This document shows positions 20,189 through 28,462 of a stretch of 64,000 nt of DNA, in pieces. Within the stretch, counting starts at the first letter, position 1. Each line of letters opens with the position of its first letter. The DNA is taken from contig OZ219926.1 in NCBI GenBank assembly GCA_964291405.2, positions 192,001-256,000 on the forward strand, in the 5' to 3' direction. The notes beneath the pieces were generated by a model. The model saw only the letters and a list, made by a program, of their open reading frames with translations. It had not been told where the DNA came from and did no database searches. This DNA comes from Thermodesulfobacteriota bacterium (lineage in GTDB: Bacteria > Desulfobacterota > Binatia > Bin18). Made by a program: the position numbers and the translations under genes.

Positions 20189-21874
20189 TCACGGCAGGGT
20201 AAAGACCGCAACAGCGCTCCCCGGTGTGGTGTGGGGATATTTGCCCACGATGTCCACGACCAAGCCTCCGGCGCCACTGGGAACGGCAACGTACTGTTTA
20301 TCCCCAACCTTGTAGGAGACCGGTTGTCCTCGAACCGCGGATCCGGTCTGAAACTTCCACAAAACTTCGCCCGTTGCGTCATCTAAGGCTAGCGCAAATC
20401 CCTTTTGATTGCCCGTAAAGACGAGTCCGCCAGCTGTGGCGAGCGCGCCCCCCACCATCGGCCACTCGTCCTTATAGCGCCACTTCACCTCGCCGCTGGT
20501 CGGGTCTATGGCCGTGACGTGGCCGTAGGCCGTACCGAGGTCGCCCTGCGTTTGTCCGGGCCCTCCGCCCCAGAATGGGATACCCTTGATAAAAATAGAC
20601 CTAGCCTTTTCCATTTTGCCGCAGCTCTCGATCGTCGGGACAAAGATGAGGTTAGCCAGCGGACTGTAGGCCGCGGCATACGAACCGTTTTGTCCTCCTA
20701 CGTTCCCGGGACAGATGAGTTCAGGATTGCCACCTTCCATGGGCACGTACTGGGGGTCAACGATCGGACGGCCATTTTCATCTAGCCCTTTCGCCCAGTT
20801 GAGTTGCTCAACATACTGGGAGCCATGCAGAAACTTCCCATCCCCACGATTCAGGACATACATATACCCATTCCGATTGGGCTGGGCTAAGGCTTTAACA
20901 GACTCCCCACTGCGCGTGACGTCGAGCAGAAACATGCCCGTGTTGCCATCATAGTCCCAGACGTCGTGTGGGGTGAATTGGAAATACCATTTGATCTCAC
21001 CACTGTCTGGGTCAAGGGCTAACGCCGAGTTCGTGTAGAGATTATCGCCCTCACGTCCATCACCGTTCCAGTCAGGGGCCGGGTTGCCCGTTGCCCAATA
21101 CACCAAGTCAAGGTCTGCATCATACGAGCCAGTCACCCAGGCCGGACCACCGCCTTGTTTATACGAATCACCGGCCCAGGTCTCGACACCGGGCTCGCCT
21201 TCGTCAGGCACGGTATAACGACGCCACTTGCGCTCCCCAGTCTCAAGATCATAGGCATCGATATAGCCACGAATACCGTATTCACCGCCCGCAATACCAA
21301 CAATGACGTTATCTCGAACAATCAAGGGTGCTAGGGTAAAGCTAAAGCCACCCGCATAGTCGTCGGCTTTAGTATTCCACACGACAGTACCGGTTTTTCT
21401 GTCGAGCGCGACAATACGCGCATCCAGGGTAGCCATAATGACCTTATCCCCAGCCAGCGCCGCGCCCCGATTACCCGGCCCGCAGCAAATCCGCATATCA
21501 TCTGGCAATTCATGATCGTATTTCCAGAGCGGTTTACCCGTTGCGGCGTCTAAGGCAAACAGCTTATTGTAGGCCGCAGTAAGATACATGACGCCATCGG
21601 CAACCACCGGTGAGGCTTGCATTTGTGCCGGCACGCCGGTTTGGAAAATCCAGGCGGCCTGGAGTTTTTTGACGTTCCCACGGTCAATATCCTTCAGTGG
21701 GCTGAATCGCCAGCCGGCATAATTCCCGCCGTACATCAACCAGTCATTGGCCGGCTCCTGGAGTAAGCGCTCCTGCGTCACCGGCTGAAGCGCGTCGGCG
21801 TAAAGCGCGCCGGGAGAGAGAAACATGAGAGTGAATGCTATTGCTAAAAATTTCCACGACCAGGAACCTCGCAT
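20189..21874 (-). CDS. PQQ-dependent alcohol dehydrogenase (methanol/ethanol family), predicted lanthanide-dependent
   Basis: Signal peptide, W-motifs, vicinal ICCG, GGEYG, GNPAP and FTPHDVWDYDG (extra Asp). No CxxCH. GAGGAGG RBS before the ATG at 21874. Confidence 0.92.
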   Translation of the reverse strand: MRGSWSWKFLAIAFTLMFLSPGALYADALQPVTQERLLQEPANDWLMYGGNYAGWRFSPLKDIDRGNVKKLQAAWIFQTGVPAQMQASPVVADGVMYLTAAYNKLFALDAATGKPLWKYDHELPDDMRICCGPGNRGAALAGDKVIMATLDARIVALDRKTGTVVWNTKADDYAGGFSFTLAPLIVRDNVIVGIAGGEYGIRGYIDAYDLETGERKWRRYTVPDEGEPGVETWAGDSYKQGGGPAWVTGSYDADLDLVYWATGNPAPDWNGDGREGDNLYTNSALALDPDSGEIKWYFQFTPHDVWDYDGNTGMFLLDVTRSGESVKALAQPNRNGYMYVLNRGDGKFLHGSQYVEQLNWAKGLDENGRPIVDPQYVPMEGGNPELICPGNVGGQNGSYAAAYSPLANLIFVPTIESCGKMEKARSIFIKGIPFWGGGPGQTQGDLGTAYGHVTAIDPTSGEVKWRYKDEWPMVGGALATAGGLVFTGNQKGFALALDDATGEVLWKFQTGSAVRGQPVSYKVGDKQYVAVPSGAGGLVVDIVGKYPHTTPGSAVAVFTLP

Positions 21875-21979
21875 GAGTAATGCCTCCTCAGAGTGATTGC
21901 CAATCGAAAAATGTGGTCGAACCCTACTGATTTTTATACCAGAGGTCAAGAAAGAGGACACTGCATACGCCCCAGACTC

Positions 21980-22708
21980 TTAGGGAAAGAGGCGTAATCT
22001 TCTCCCCGCGAAGAGCACCCCGACGATACCGAATAAAACGATCGCTCCGTGCGTCCAGCCGTTCCAGACAAGTACATACGGGTCTCGCAGACGCGGTCTG
22101 GTTACGCCGGGAATGCTGGGAAGATCTCCATCTCCAGCGCCCACCTTAAGCTGCGCCTTCATTCCCTTTTCCATATGCTGAGGAACGTCACAGTGCACTA
22201 AATAGGTCTTGTCTCCGGGTGGGAGAATAAAAGTGCTTGTCCGCTGTCCTTTACCTGCCACCTCAAGCGTAAACATGCCCATGGGGTAGATATAGCGTGG
22301 CAGACCGTGCAGCATCCACTGGTGACGAACGGTGTCCGTATTGATGAGCGTTACCGTGAGTTTCGTACACGGCGCAAAACTCCATTCGTTTCGATCATAC
22401 GCAAACATCGTCCCCGGCTGGGCGAATTCTTTGCCGGCACGAACAGTGATCTCGTGTTCACCAGAGAGACGTGGACAGCCTCTGGGGAGTTGGTCCGTGT
22501 TTTCATTCATCACCATACCCGCAGTATCGAGATGCATGCCATGATGCGCATGATGATGGTGAGACTCAGGCTCTTGAGTCGAACCAACCTCACTGGAAAG
22601 CAAGACAAACAAGGTGCATACGACCAGTGTAGAGACAGTCTTCTGGAGTTGCCCTCCCCGGAACACCCCTGCCCTCTTCTGACTATTTTTCCTCAGAAAA
22701 AATCCCAT
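21980..22708 (-). CDS. Membrane-anchored cupredoxin with His-rich N-terminus
   Basis: HHHHAHHGMH, HQWMLHG, type-1 Cu loop HCDVPQHMEKGM and a C-terminal TM. Confidence 0.8.
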   Translation of the reverse strand: MGFFLRKNSQKRAGVFRGGQLQKTVSTLVVCTLFVLLSSEVGSTQEPESHHHHAHHGMHLDTAGMVMNENTDQLPRGCPRLSGEHEITVRAGKEFAQPGTMFAYDRNEWSFAPCTKLTVTLINTDTVRHQWMLHGLPRYIYPMGMFTLEVAGKGQRTSTFILPPGDKTYLVHCDVPQHMEKGMKAQLKVGAGDGDLPSIPGVTRPRLRDPYVLVWNGWTHGAIVLFGIVGVLFAGRRLRLFP

Positions 22709-22720
22709 CAAAGATTCCTC

Positions 22721-24415
22721 TTAGCGGTATCGAACTCGTCGCTTGCTCAAGGCGAAGGCCGCACCGATAAGGAGACCGATACCTATTCCAAGTATGAGGG
22801 CATAACTCAGGGGTAGGGAACGAGCGCTGGCCTCCCCAAGCAGACCGAAGTCCTTCAGTCCGGCCCAGATGGGAAGCTTTTTTTGATAATACTCCTTGGT
22901 GAAAAACGGCGCCCAGTCCATCCCCTGTGTTTTCGGCTGACCGGATGTATCCAAATAGTCCTGGTAGACAATGGCGCTAATATTTCCACCGGGGTTGATC
23001 CCATCAGTGGTGATCGCTTTTTCCTTGTGGTCGTGGAGCAGCCAGACGCCTGGCCCATAATTGTGCAGGCCGTCATCAGTGGTGTTGAGAAGAAGGTCCA
23101 CCCGTTGGGCCGGGCTAATCCAGACCACATCACGAGTGATTTGTGCAGCCGGATTATGTTCGACACCATCATAATGCGTCAGTGTGACTTTATGCCCATG
23201 CGTATGCAGAGAAACGCCTTCTGCTCCGCCGTTGAGCACACGCAGTTTGACACGTTCATTCGGAGCAACAACAATCAGCGACTCACGGGTCGTGTAGGGA
23301 AAGGAGCGGCCGTTGAGTAGGAAATAGTCGGGGTCTTGATCTGTAATATCATAGCGGCGGTTGGTCGCCTCGGCGATCAACCGGGGATCACCTGCGGTCT
23401 GAATAATATTATTCAACGCCGGGTCAATGTCCTGGTAGTGCAAATCGAATTCCCGGTCATAGGACTCTCTGACTGCTGCGGAGACAGCGCGTACCCGGCC
23501 AGCCCCAATATTGAGCGTTTGAAGCCAGTTATTCGGACGGTTGTCCTCAACCACAAACATTCCCTGGAGCCCCATCAGAATATGGACATGCGGTTGGACG
23601 TGACAGTGATAAAACATCGTCCCCGTTTGACGCGGAGTCATTTCATAGGAGCGGCTTTCCCCTGGTGAGACTGGCATTTCGCTCGCAATCGGCACTCCAT
23701 CATTTCCCTCACCAGTGGCGTCAACAAAGGGATGGTCAACCCCGTGGAAGTGTATGGTGTGTGGCAGATAGTGCGTATTCTCCAAGGTTACCCGGAGCGT
23801 ATCACCCTGCTCTACACGAATCACCGGAGACGGGGCTCGCAAGGTCGGATGTGCCCACTCGCTCTCAAAATTTTCAGTCGCCATACCGCGTGATTTTGGT
23901 GCGAAAACCCACAGCCCTGGCTGGACACCCGGCGCAATGGCGTAGGCGGGAAACGGTGCAGGATCATCCGGCGAGTGCCCATTCAGTTCTACGACTTCAA
24001 GCCGGACATGAATCTCGTCAGGATCGCCATCCCCGTCTCTGTCGTTCTCTTTTACCACGGTATTTGGCGTCAGCCGGGTCTCCATAAGGGTGTGTAGACT
24101 AATATTATTCGTTCCTTTGACAAAGGCCGCAATTTCGGCCGGATTATCTGGGTCACACACGGGTGAGGCTTCTATGGTAACATCTTCAAGCGTCTGAGAC
24201 TCCCGCCAGTCTGCATGTCTGTCCAGACAGAATGGCTCCACACTGACAGGGCTTATTTGACGGCTGGGGGGTGGCTCCTGGTAAGACTCTTCACCAAGAT
24301 ATTGATACGCAATGTCTTGTATTGGGCGGGGGAGCCAGGTACGCGGCACGAGAAAGAGTGTACCGATAGCAAGCACACTAAGCAAAAAGAAGAAAAGCAG
24401 ACCGCGGAGCCACAT
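22721..24415 (-). CDS. Membrane-anchored two-domain multicopper oxidase
   Basis: HTIHFHG, YHCHVQPHVHILMG, SLHTHGH and WLLHDH, with TM helices at both ends. Confidence 0.88.
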   Translation of the reverse strand: MWLRGLLFFFLLSVLAIGTLFLVPRTWLPRPIQDIAYQYLGEESYQEPPPSRQISPVSVEPFCLDRHADWRESQTLEDVTIEASPVCDPDNPAEIAAFVKGTNNISLHTLMETRLTPNTVVKENDRDGDGDPDEIHVRLEVVELNGHSPDDPAPFPAYAIAPGVQPGLWVFAPKSRGMATENFESEWAHPTLRAPSPVIRVEQGDTLRVTLENTHYLPHTIHFHGVDHPFVDATGEGNDGVPIASEMPVSPGESRSYEMTPRQTGTMFYHCHVQPHVHILMGLQGMFVVEDNRPNNWLQTLNIGAGRVRAVSAAVRESYDREFDLHYQDIDPALNNIIQTAGDPRLIAEATNRRYDITDQDPDYFLLNGRSFPYTTRESLIVVAPNERVKLRVLNGGAEGVSLHTHGHKVTLTHYDGVEHNPAAQITRDVVWISPAQRVDLLLNTTDDGLHNYGPGVWLLHDHKEKAITTDGINPGGNISAIVYQDYLDTSGQPKTQGMDWAPFFTKEYYQKKLPIWAGLKDFGLLGEASARSLPLSYALILGIGIGLLIGAAFALSKRRVRYR

Positions 24416-24498
24416 CGTTCAACATGTACTGTGAACAGGGCGTTCGGGAAAGGGGGGCTGTCCGGTTCCGCAGCTATCCCTTGAGCGGGGTCGAGACT

Positions 24499-25029
24499 TT
24501 ATTTCATAGAAAACGGTGGCCAACCGCGTTTACCACCGACAACGTAATAACCCACGCCACCGCCAATAAGCAGGCCCGCGATCAAGACCAGCATGGTATT
24601 TGAGAGAGAAGCGACGCGGATTGGAAACCGCACCGCCCCATCAACCCCGTCAACTGTCATCAGGGCCGTGTACTGTCCGGGCGTATCAAAATTGACTTCA
24701 GCGTTCACTACACCGCTAGGATATACCCGCGCCGGAATATCGAGTAACAGTCGCGGTTCAGCCGCATTGGTTTCCTCAATAATACGAACCGCGGCCGATT
24801 TCTTACGCAATTCAGGATCAATCAGATCAAAAACGAGAATCGCACTCCCAGTCTGAGGAACGCTCCGACAGAATTCCTCGGTTGCGTATTCCTGCGGTTG
24901 GTAGGCGGAAAAATGGACCAGATAGACGCCTGCCCGCTCTACGCAGGGGTCCAGGTCCATGGCGACACCCCCATGTCCCCAGGCTCCTATTGGGACAAGG
25001 AGCATGGCAACAAGAAGGAACAGTTTCAC
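24499..25029 (-). CDS. pmoD: PmoD/AmoD-family periplasmic copper protein
   Basis: Signal peptide, then HGGVAMDLDPC...VHFSAYQP...EEFCRSVPQTG...VFDL, and a C-terminal TM. Directly downstream of pmoB. Confidence 0.85.
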   Translation of the reverse strand: MKLFLLVAMLLVPIGAWGHGGVAMDLDPCVERAGVYLVHFSAYQPQEYATEEFCRSVPQTGSAILVFDLIDPELRKKSAAVRIIEETNAAEPRLLLDIPARVYPSGVVNAEVNFDTPGQYTALMTVDGVDGAVRFPIRVASLSNTMLVLIAGLLIGGGVGYYVVGGKRGWPPFSMK

Positions 25030-25081
25030 AGCGCTGTCCAGTTGTGCTCCAGAGCGGGACGTGGGCTCCCCACTCTAGATC

Positions 25082-26342
25082 TTATGGCAGATAGGTTGAA
25101 CGAAACTGAGTGGGGACGACATTTGAACGGACCGTCACCAACTCATGCCCCTCATTCCCATTCTCAAAGCGTAAGACTGCGCCAATAAACTGTTGCGGCG
25201 CTTGCGTCGGGATGAGACGTTCCTCACCGAAAAGACTGCTTGAAACAGTCAGGGTCAGCTCTTTTGTTTCGTCCCGGAGTAATCGGTCCGTCCGGCTGTA
25301 CTTCGAGGCGACCCACAAAATCACGCGGACCGGCCTTGGCTTGCTCGGCTTCCGGTCCGTTCACAAAGGTCGCCATTGCTATAGTCAACTGCTTGAGTTC
25401 GATGTCGCTCTCGGCAACATTCGTCACCTGGACCTTCATCTCAAGCGTTTCACTCGCTTCGTCATATGTCGCTCCGCTGGCCTGTGCCTCGGCCATCTTT
25501 TCACCAGAAGAAATGAATTCCGGTGTAAACCAGTCCGTTTGCTGCGGCCACCGAACCGGCGCATTTGAGGTGGCGTACGTCCAACCGATAACCAGCATTA
25601 CCAGGGTTACGCCCACGATAACATTCATCCACATATGATCACGGGGCGTGATGAGACCGATATCGGGAGCATCATCGTTCACCGGAAGCTGGACAGTAAC
25701 GGCAAGATTGGTCACTGTTCTTTTGTTTGTCGTCCAGTACAGTATCCAGGCGACCCCCAGGACAAACCCGGCAAACGACCACCACCAGACGAATGCGCCG
25801 CCATACGTACTGAGCTCAATCGTCTCACCGGACAGCAGGGTGAGCGGGAAGGAGAACGGCTCCGCGCTGGGTTTGACGGTCACCCATTCACCGGGTCCAA
25901 TCAGGGTGCCGGTCCCGTATACGGCGATACCGGGATGGACATGCCAGTTCCCAGGCTCTTTGCCAACAAGCTCCATTTCAAACTCGTAAATACCCCCCTT
26001 TTGGGCAAAGAACGATCCAATCGCAGCCGTTCCGTTGACAAAACGCTCTTTGAGCACAAAGACCGGTCCGGGGACGACCGGCATAATGGAAGCGATTTCC
26101 GGCGTTTCCAGCGTATGAGGCCACGTCTCGAGAATCTTGACCGACCCCGTAACCTTGACCGGCTCTCCAACCTCAATTTCAGTCGGCGACACGCTGACAT
26201 TGAAGAAAGCCGTGGTCATGTTTTTCAAAAACGGTTCGTCGGCAGCCTCACCGTGGGCAAAAGCGTTCGGAGTATGAGTAACGACAACGGCCACTATGGC
26301 ACATAGTGCGCCAACACAGCCAATCATAAATCGCTTACCCAT
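25082..26342 (-). CDS. pmoB: Copper membrane monooxygenase subunit B (PmoB/AmoB family), split by one extra base at about 25271-25272
   Basis: AFA|HGE N-terminus, GNWHVHPG, GPGEWV and two TM helices. ORF 25224-26342 continues in the frame of 25082-25324. Removing one base restores PITPGETKELTL and a 419-aa protein. Confidence 0.9.
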
Positions 26343-26676
26343 CGGCTGCCCTCCTGGTTTCAGGCTGCTCGTCTGGGAGTTGGAGCTTGGTTTCTATGAC
26401 ACGCAATCGGGGCTTACGCTTGATGCGAATAGCCGGACCCGTTTCCGGCGACCCGCGTCCGTCCGTCTCCACACCTTTCGATGCTGGCCACAAAACCACC
26501 AGCCAGTAACAGACAAACGCTAAGATACTCGCGGTAATGACGGGCGGGGCTATTTCAGAGATATTCATACCGTGCGCATACACGGGAGAAGGAAACAGAG
26601 ACAGGCCGGCAAGAAGAGCCATGAGCACAGAGCAGACTCTTCCGTATTGGGCGGGCTGCTGAGGTTCGAAAGACAT
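26335..26676 (-). CDS. Uncharacterised small membrane protein between pmoA and pmoB
   Basis: GAGGTG RBS, signal-like segment ending VYA|HGM, one TM and a charged tail. Its stop overlaps the pmoB start by 8 nt. Confidence 0.7.
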   Translation of the reverse strand: MSFEPQQPAQYGRVCSVLMALLAGLSLFPSPVYAHGMNISEIAPPVITASILAFVCYWLVVLWPASKGVETDGRGSPETGPAIRIKRKPRLRVIETKLQLPDEQPETRRAADG

Positions 26677-26695
26677 ACCGCACCTCATATTTGTC

Positions 26696-27499
26696 TCACA
26701 CAGTTTTCAGATAGCGCCGAATCGGCCACACCGCCAGATACCGACCAATAAACTGACCGATCCAGTAGCCAGCAAAAGCCGCCGTTCCAGCAAAGGCCAG
26801 CGAAACGTATTGCGTCTCACCCAGGAAACTACGCAACGCGCCGCGTTCAATCAGCCGGAGGTATTCTGGAGTTTGAGAGCGGATATAGGCAATACCCTGA
26901 ACATCAGCAACCGTCACCACATGGTCCATAAAATAGGCCGGCTGGAGAAAGGCAGCTAGGGGGACGTAATTATAGGCCCACACCGCAATCGCCCACACGT
27001 GGGCGCCGATCAGCGAGGTGAGGATAAAACTCTTGGTCTTCATTAAGGTCCAGTCCATCAAGATCCCGGCGCAGACGACGGAGGCAGGCCACACGAAGTT
27101 CATAGGGTAGGTCGCTGCGAGGTCCCACTGAAAATACCGCCCAACCCAAGCCGCAAAAAACAAGCAACACGCAGTGTAGGTCGCACCAGTCGGAAAGCGC
27201 CAAGCCGTCCACTGGATGTATTGCAGCGTCGAGGGAATAATGATCGTGGCAAAGGCCGTGACCACAGGCCACCACTGTGGGTCTTTCCAATCTGTCCAGA
27301 AATCCCAGTCACCGGCAAATAACTGCTTGGTGATATCAGCGGCACCTGCTACCACAAAAACCGCCGTAGTCCAGAAGACAAGGTCCCACTTCCAATCAAC
27401 CCATTTATATTTCTTGTTGAGCAGTTCTTTGAGTTCGAGCCGCCGTTGCCGTTCCGCCGCATCTGCGATGTCGGTTACGGTTGTGGTTTCCGTCGCCAT
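26696..27499 (-). CDS. pmoA: Copper membrane monooxygenase subunit A (PmoA/AmoA family), divergent
   Basis: AGDWDFWTDWKDPQWWPVVT, WRFPTGAT, YPMNFVWP and TVADVQGIAYIRSQTPEYLRLIERGALRSF. Confidence 0.93.
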   Translation of the reverse strand: MATETTTVTDIADAAERQRRLELKELLNKKYKWVDWKWDLVFWTTAVFVVAGAADITKQLFAGDWDFWTDWKDPQWWPVVTAFATIIIPSTLQYIQWTAWRFPTGATYTACCLFFAAWVGRYFQWDLAATYPMNFVWPASVVCAGILMDWTLMKTKSFILTSLIGAHVWAIAVWAYNYVPLAAFLQPAYFMDHVVTVADVQGIAYIRSQTPEYLRLIERGALRSFLGETQYVSLAFAGTAAFAGYWIGQFIGRYLAVWPIRRYLKTV

Positions 27500-27563
27500 G
27501 CGCACTTCCTCTCTGCACGAGGATTTTCGATCCGTTTATCGACCAAAGCCCACACCGCCGTTA

Positions 27564-28412
27564 TTAGTCGGCGGCGATCGGCGACTCAAGCGAGGCTTCC
27601 GGGTTCGTATCCTCTTCGATCTTCTCTATCTCGAACATGCGCACCAGCGTCTCGCCCCACACGGCAAACATGCCTGCCGCAAGCCAGCCATAAATCACAA
27701 ACGGCCAGTGGAATGGAACAGAGAAAATTTCCTCGGAGATCCACAGGCTGTGGCCCCATTCATTTGCGGCAACCGCCATGCATTCGAGCACACAGGCGCT
27801 GATCAGCAGAAAGAACGACCAGGGAAATCCTTTGTCTCTTCCGTACAGCGCAGGAATATGGAACCGCCCGTAGATATAGGTCCCAACGGCCAATATGACC
27901 GAGAGGGGGAAGAAAAAGTAGAACATCGGGATATGGGTCGGGGTGAATGCCGTGTCACGAACCATGGTTTGGTGCCACGATCCATCCCAGTTCGGCCAGA
28001 AGCTGGCCATCAGATAGATAGCCAGACTCGTCGCGCCAATGAGGCTCCACAAAATCGCAATCCGGCGCGTCTCTTCGGCGGGTGAGCATTCTTGTCCTTC
28101 AATGGCCCGGCCATTCCGGATGAGCCAGCCCAACCACACACCGCTGAATATGCCTAAGACAATCAGTTCACCCCAGAACAGCGTCCAGTAATACATCGTG
28201 AATTCAGCGCTTGCTGAGTTCAGTCCGGCGGAGAACATAAAGGCGTAGTTCCAGTACCAGAAAAAAACATTGGCCAGCATGATCAGCCCGCACCCCCAGA
28301 AGAGAGGGTGCCAGCCGACTGACCAATCAGTCGGATTGGCCGGGTTGCCAGTTGTCATGGAACCATCGCCGGAACCTTTTGGTGCATTTTGTACTGCTTG
28401 CGCCTGAGCCAT
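27564..28412 (-). CDS. pmoC: Copper membrane monooxygenase subunit C (PmoC/AmoC family), divergent
   Basis: DGSWHQTMVRDTAFTPTH and NEWGHSLWISEEIFSVPFHW, plus AGLNSASAEF. GAGGAGG RBS. Confidence 0.93.
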   Translation of the reverse strand: MAQAQAVQNAPKGSGDGSMTTGNPANPTDWSVGWHPLFWGCGLIMLANVFFWYWNYAFMFSAGLNSASAEFTMYYWTLFWGELIVLGIFSGVWLGWLIRNGRAIEGQECSPAEETRRIAILWSLIGATSLAIYLMASFWPNWDGSWHQTMVRDTAFTPTHIPMFYFFFPLSVILAVGTYIYGRFHIPALYGRDKGFPWSFFLLISACVLECMAVAANEWGHSLWISEEIFSVPFHWPFVIYGWLAAGMFAVWGETLVRMFEIEKIEEDTNPEASLESPIAAD

Positions 28413-28462
28413 GCCTATTCCTCCTCGATAGTAATAACGATGTTACTGTATACTCTCTTTCT

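Noticed and set aside
25260-25285. Programmed ribosomal frameshift in pmoB
   Set aside because: There is no recognisable slippery sequence and no precedent I know of in this family. An error or mutation is simpler.
25082-25324. Independent 80-aa gene after pmoB
   Set aside because: It is the frameshifted C-terminus of PmoB.
25635-28085. Plus-strand ORFs of 223 aa and 289 aa over pmoB and pmoA/pmoC
   Set aside because: They are antisense to well-supported genes and have no recognisable features.
24499-28412. Calling the host a methanotroph or ammonia oxidiser
   Set aside because: The subunits are very divergent, and no hao, mxaFI or formaldehyde-pathway genes are in the window. The substrate cannot be read from sequence. 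The pmo symbols denote family only.
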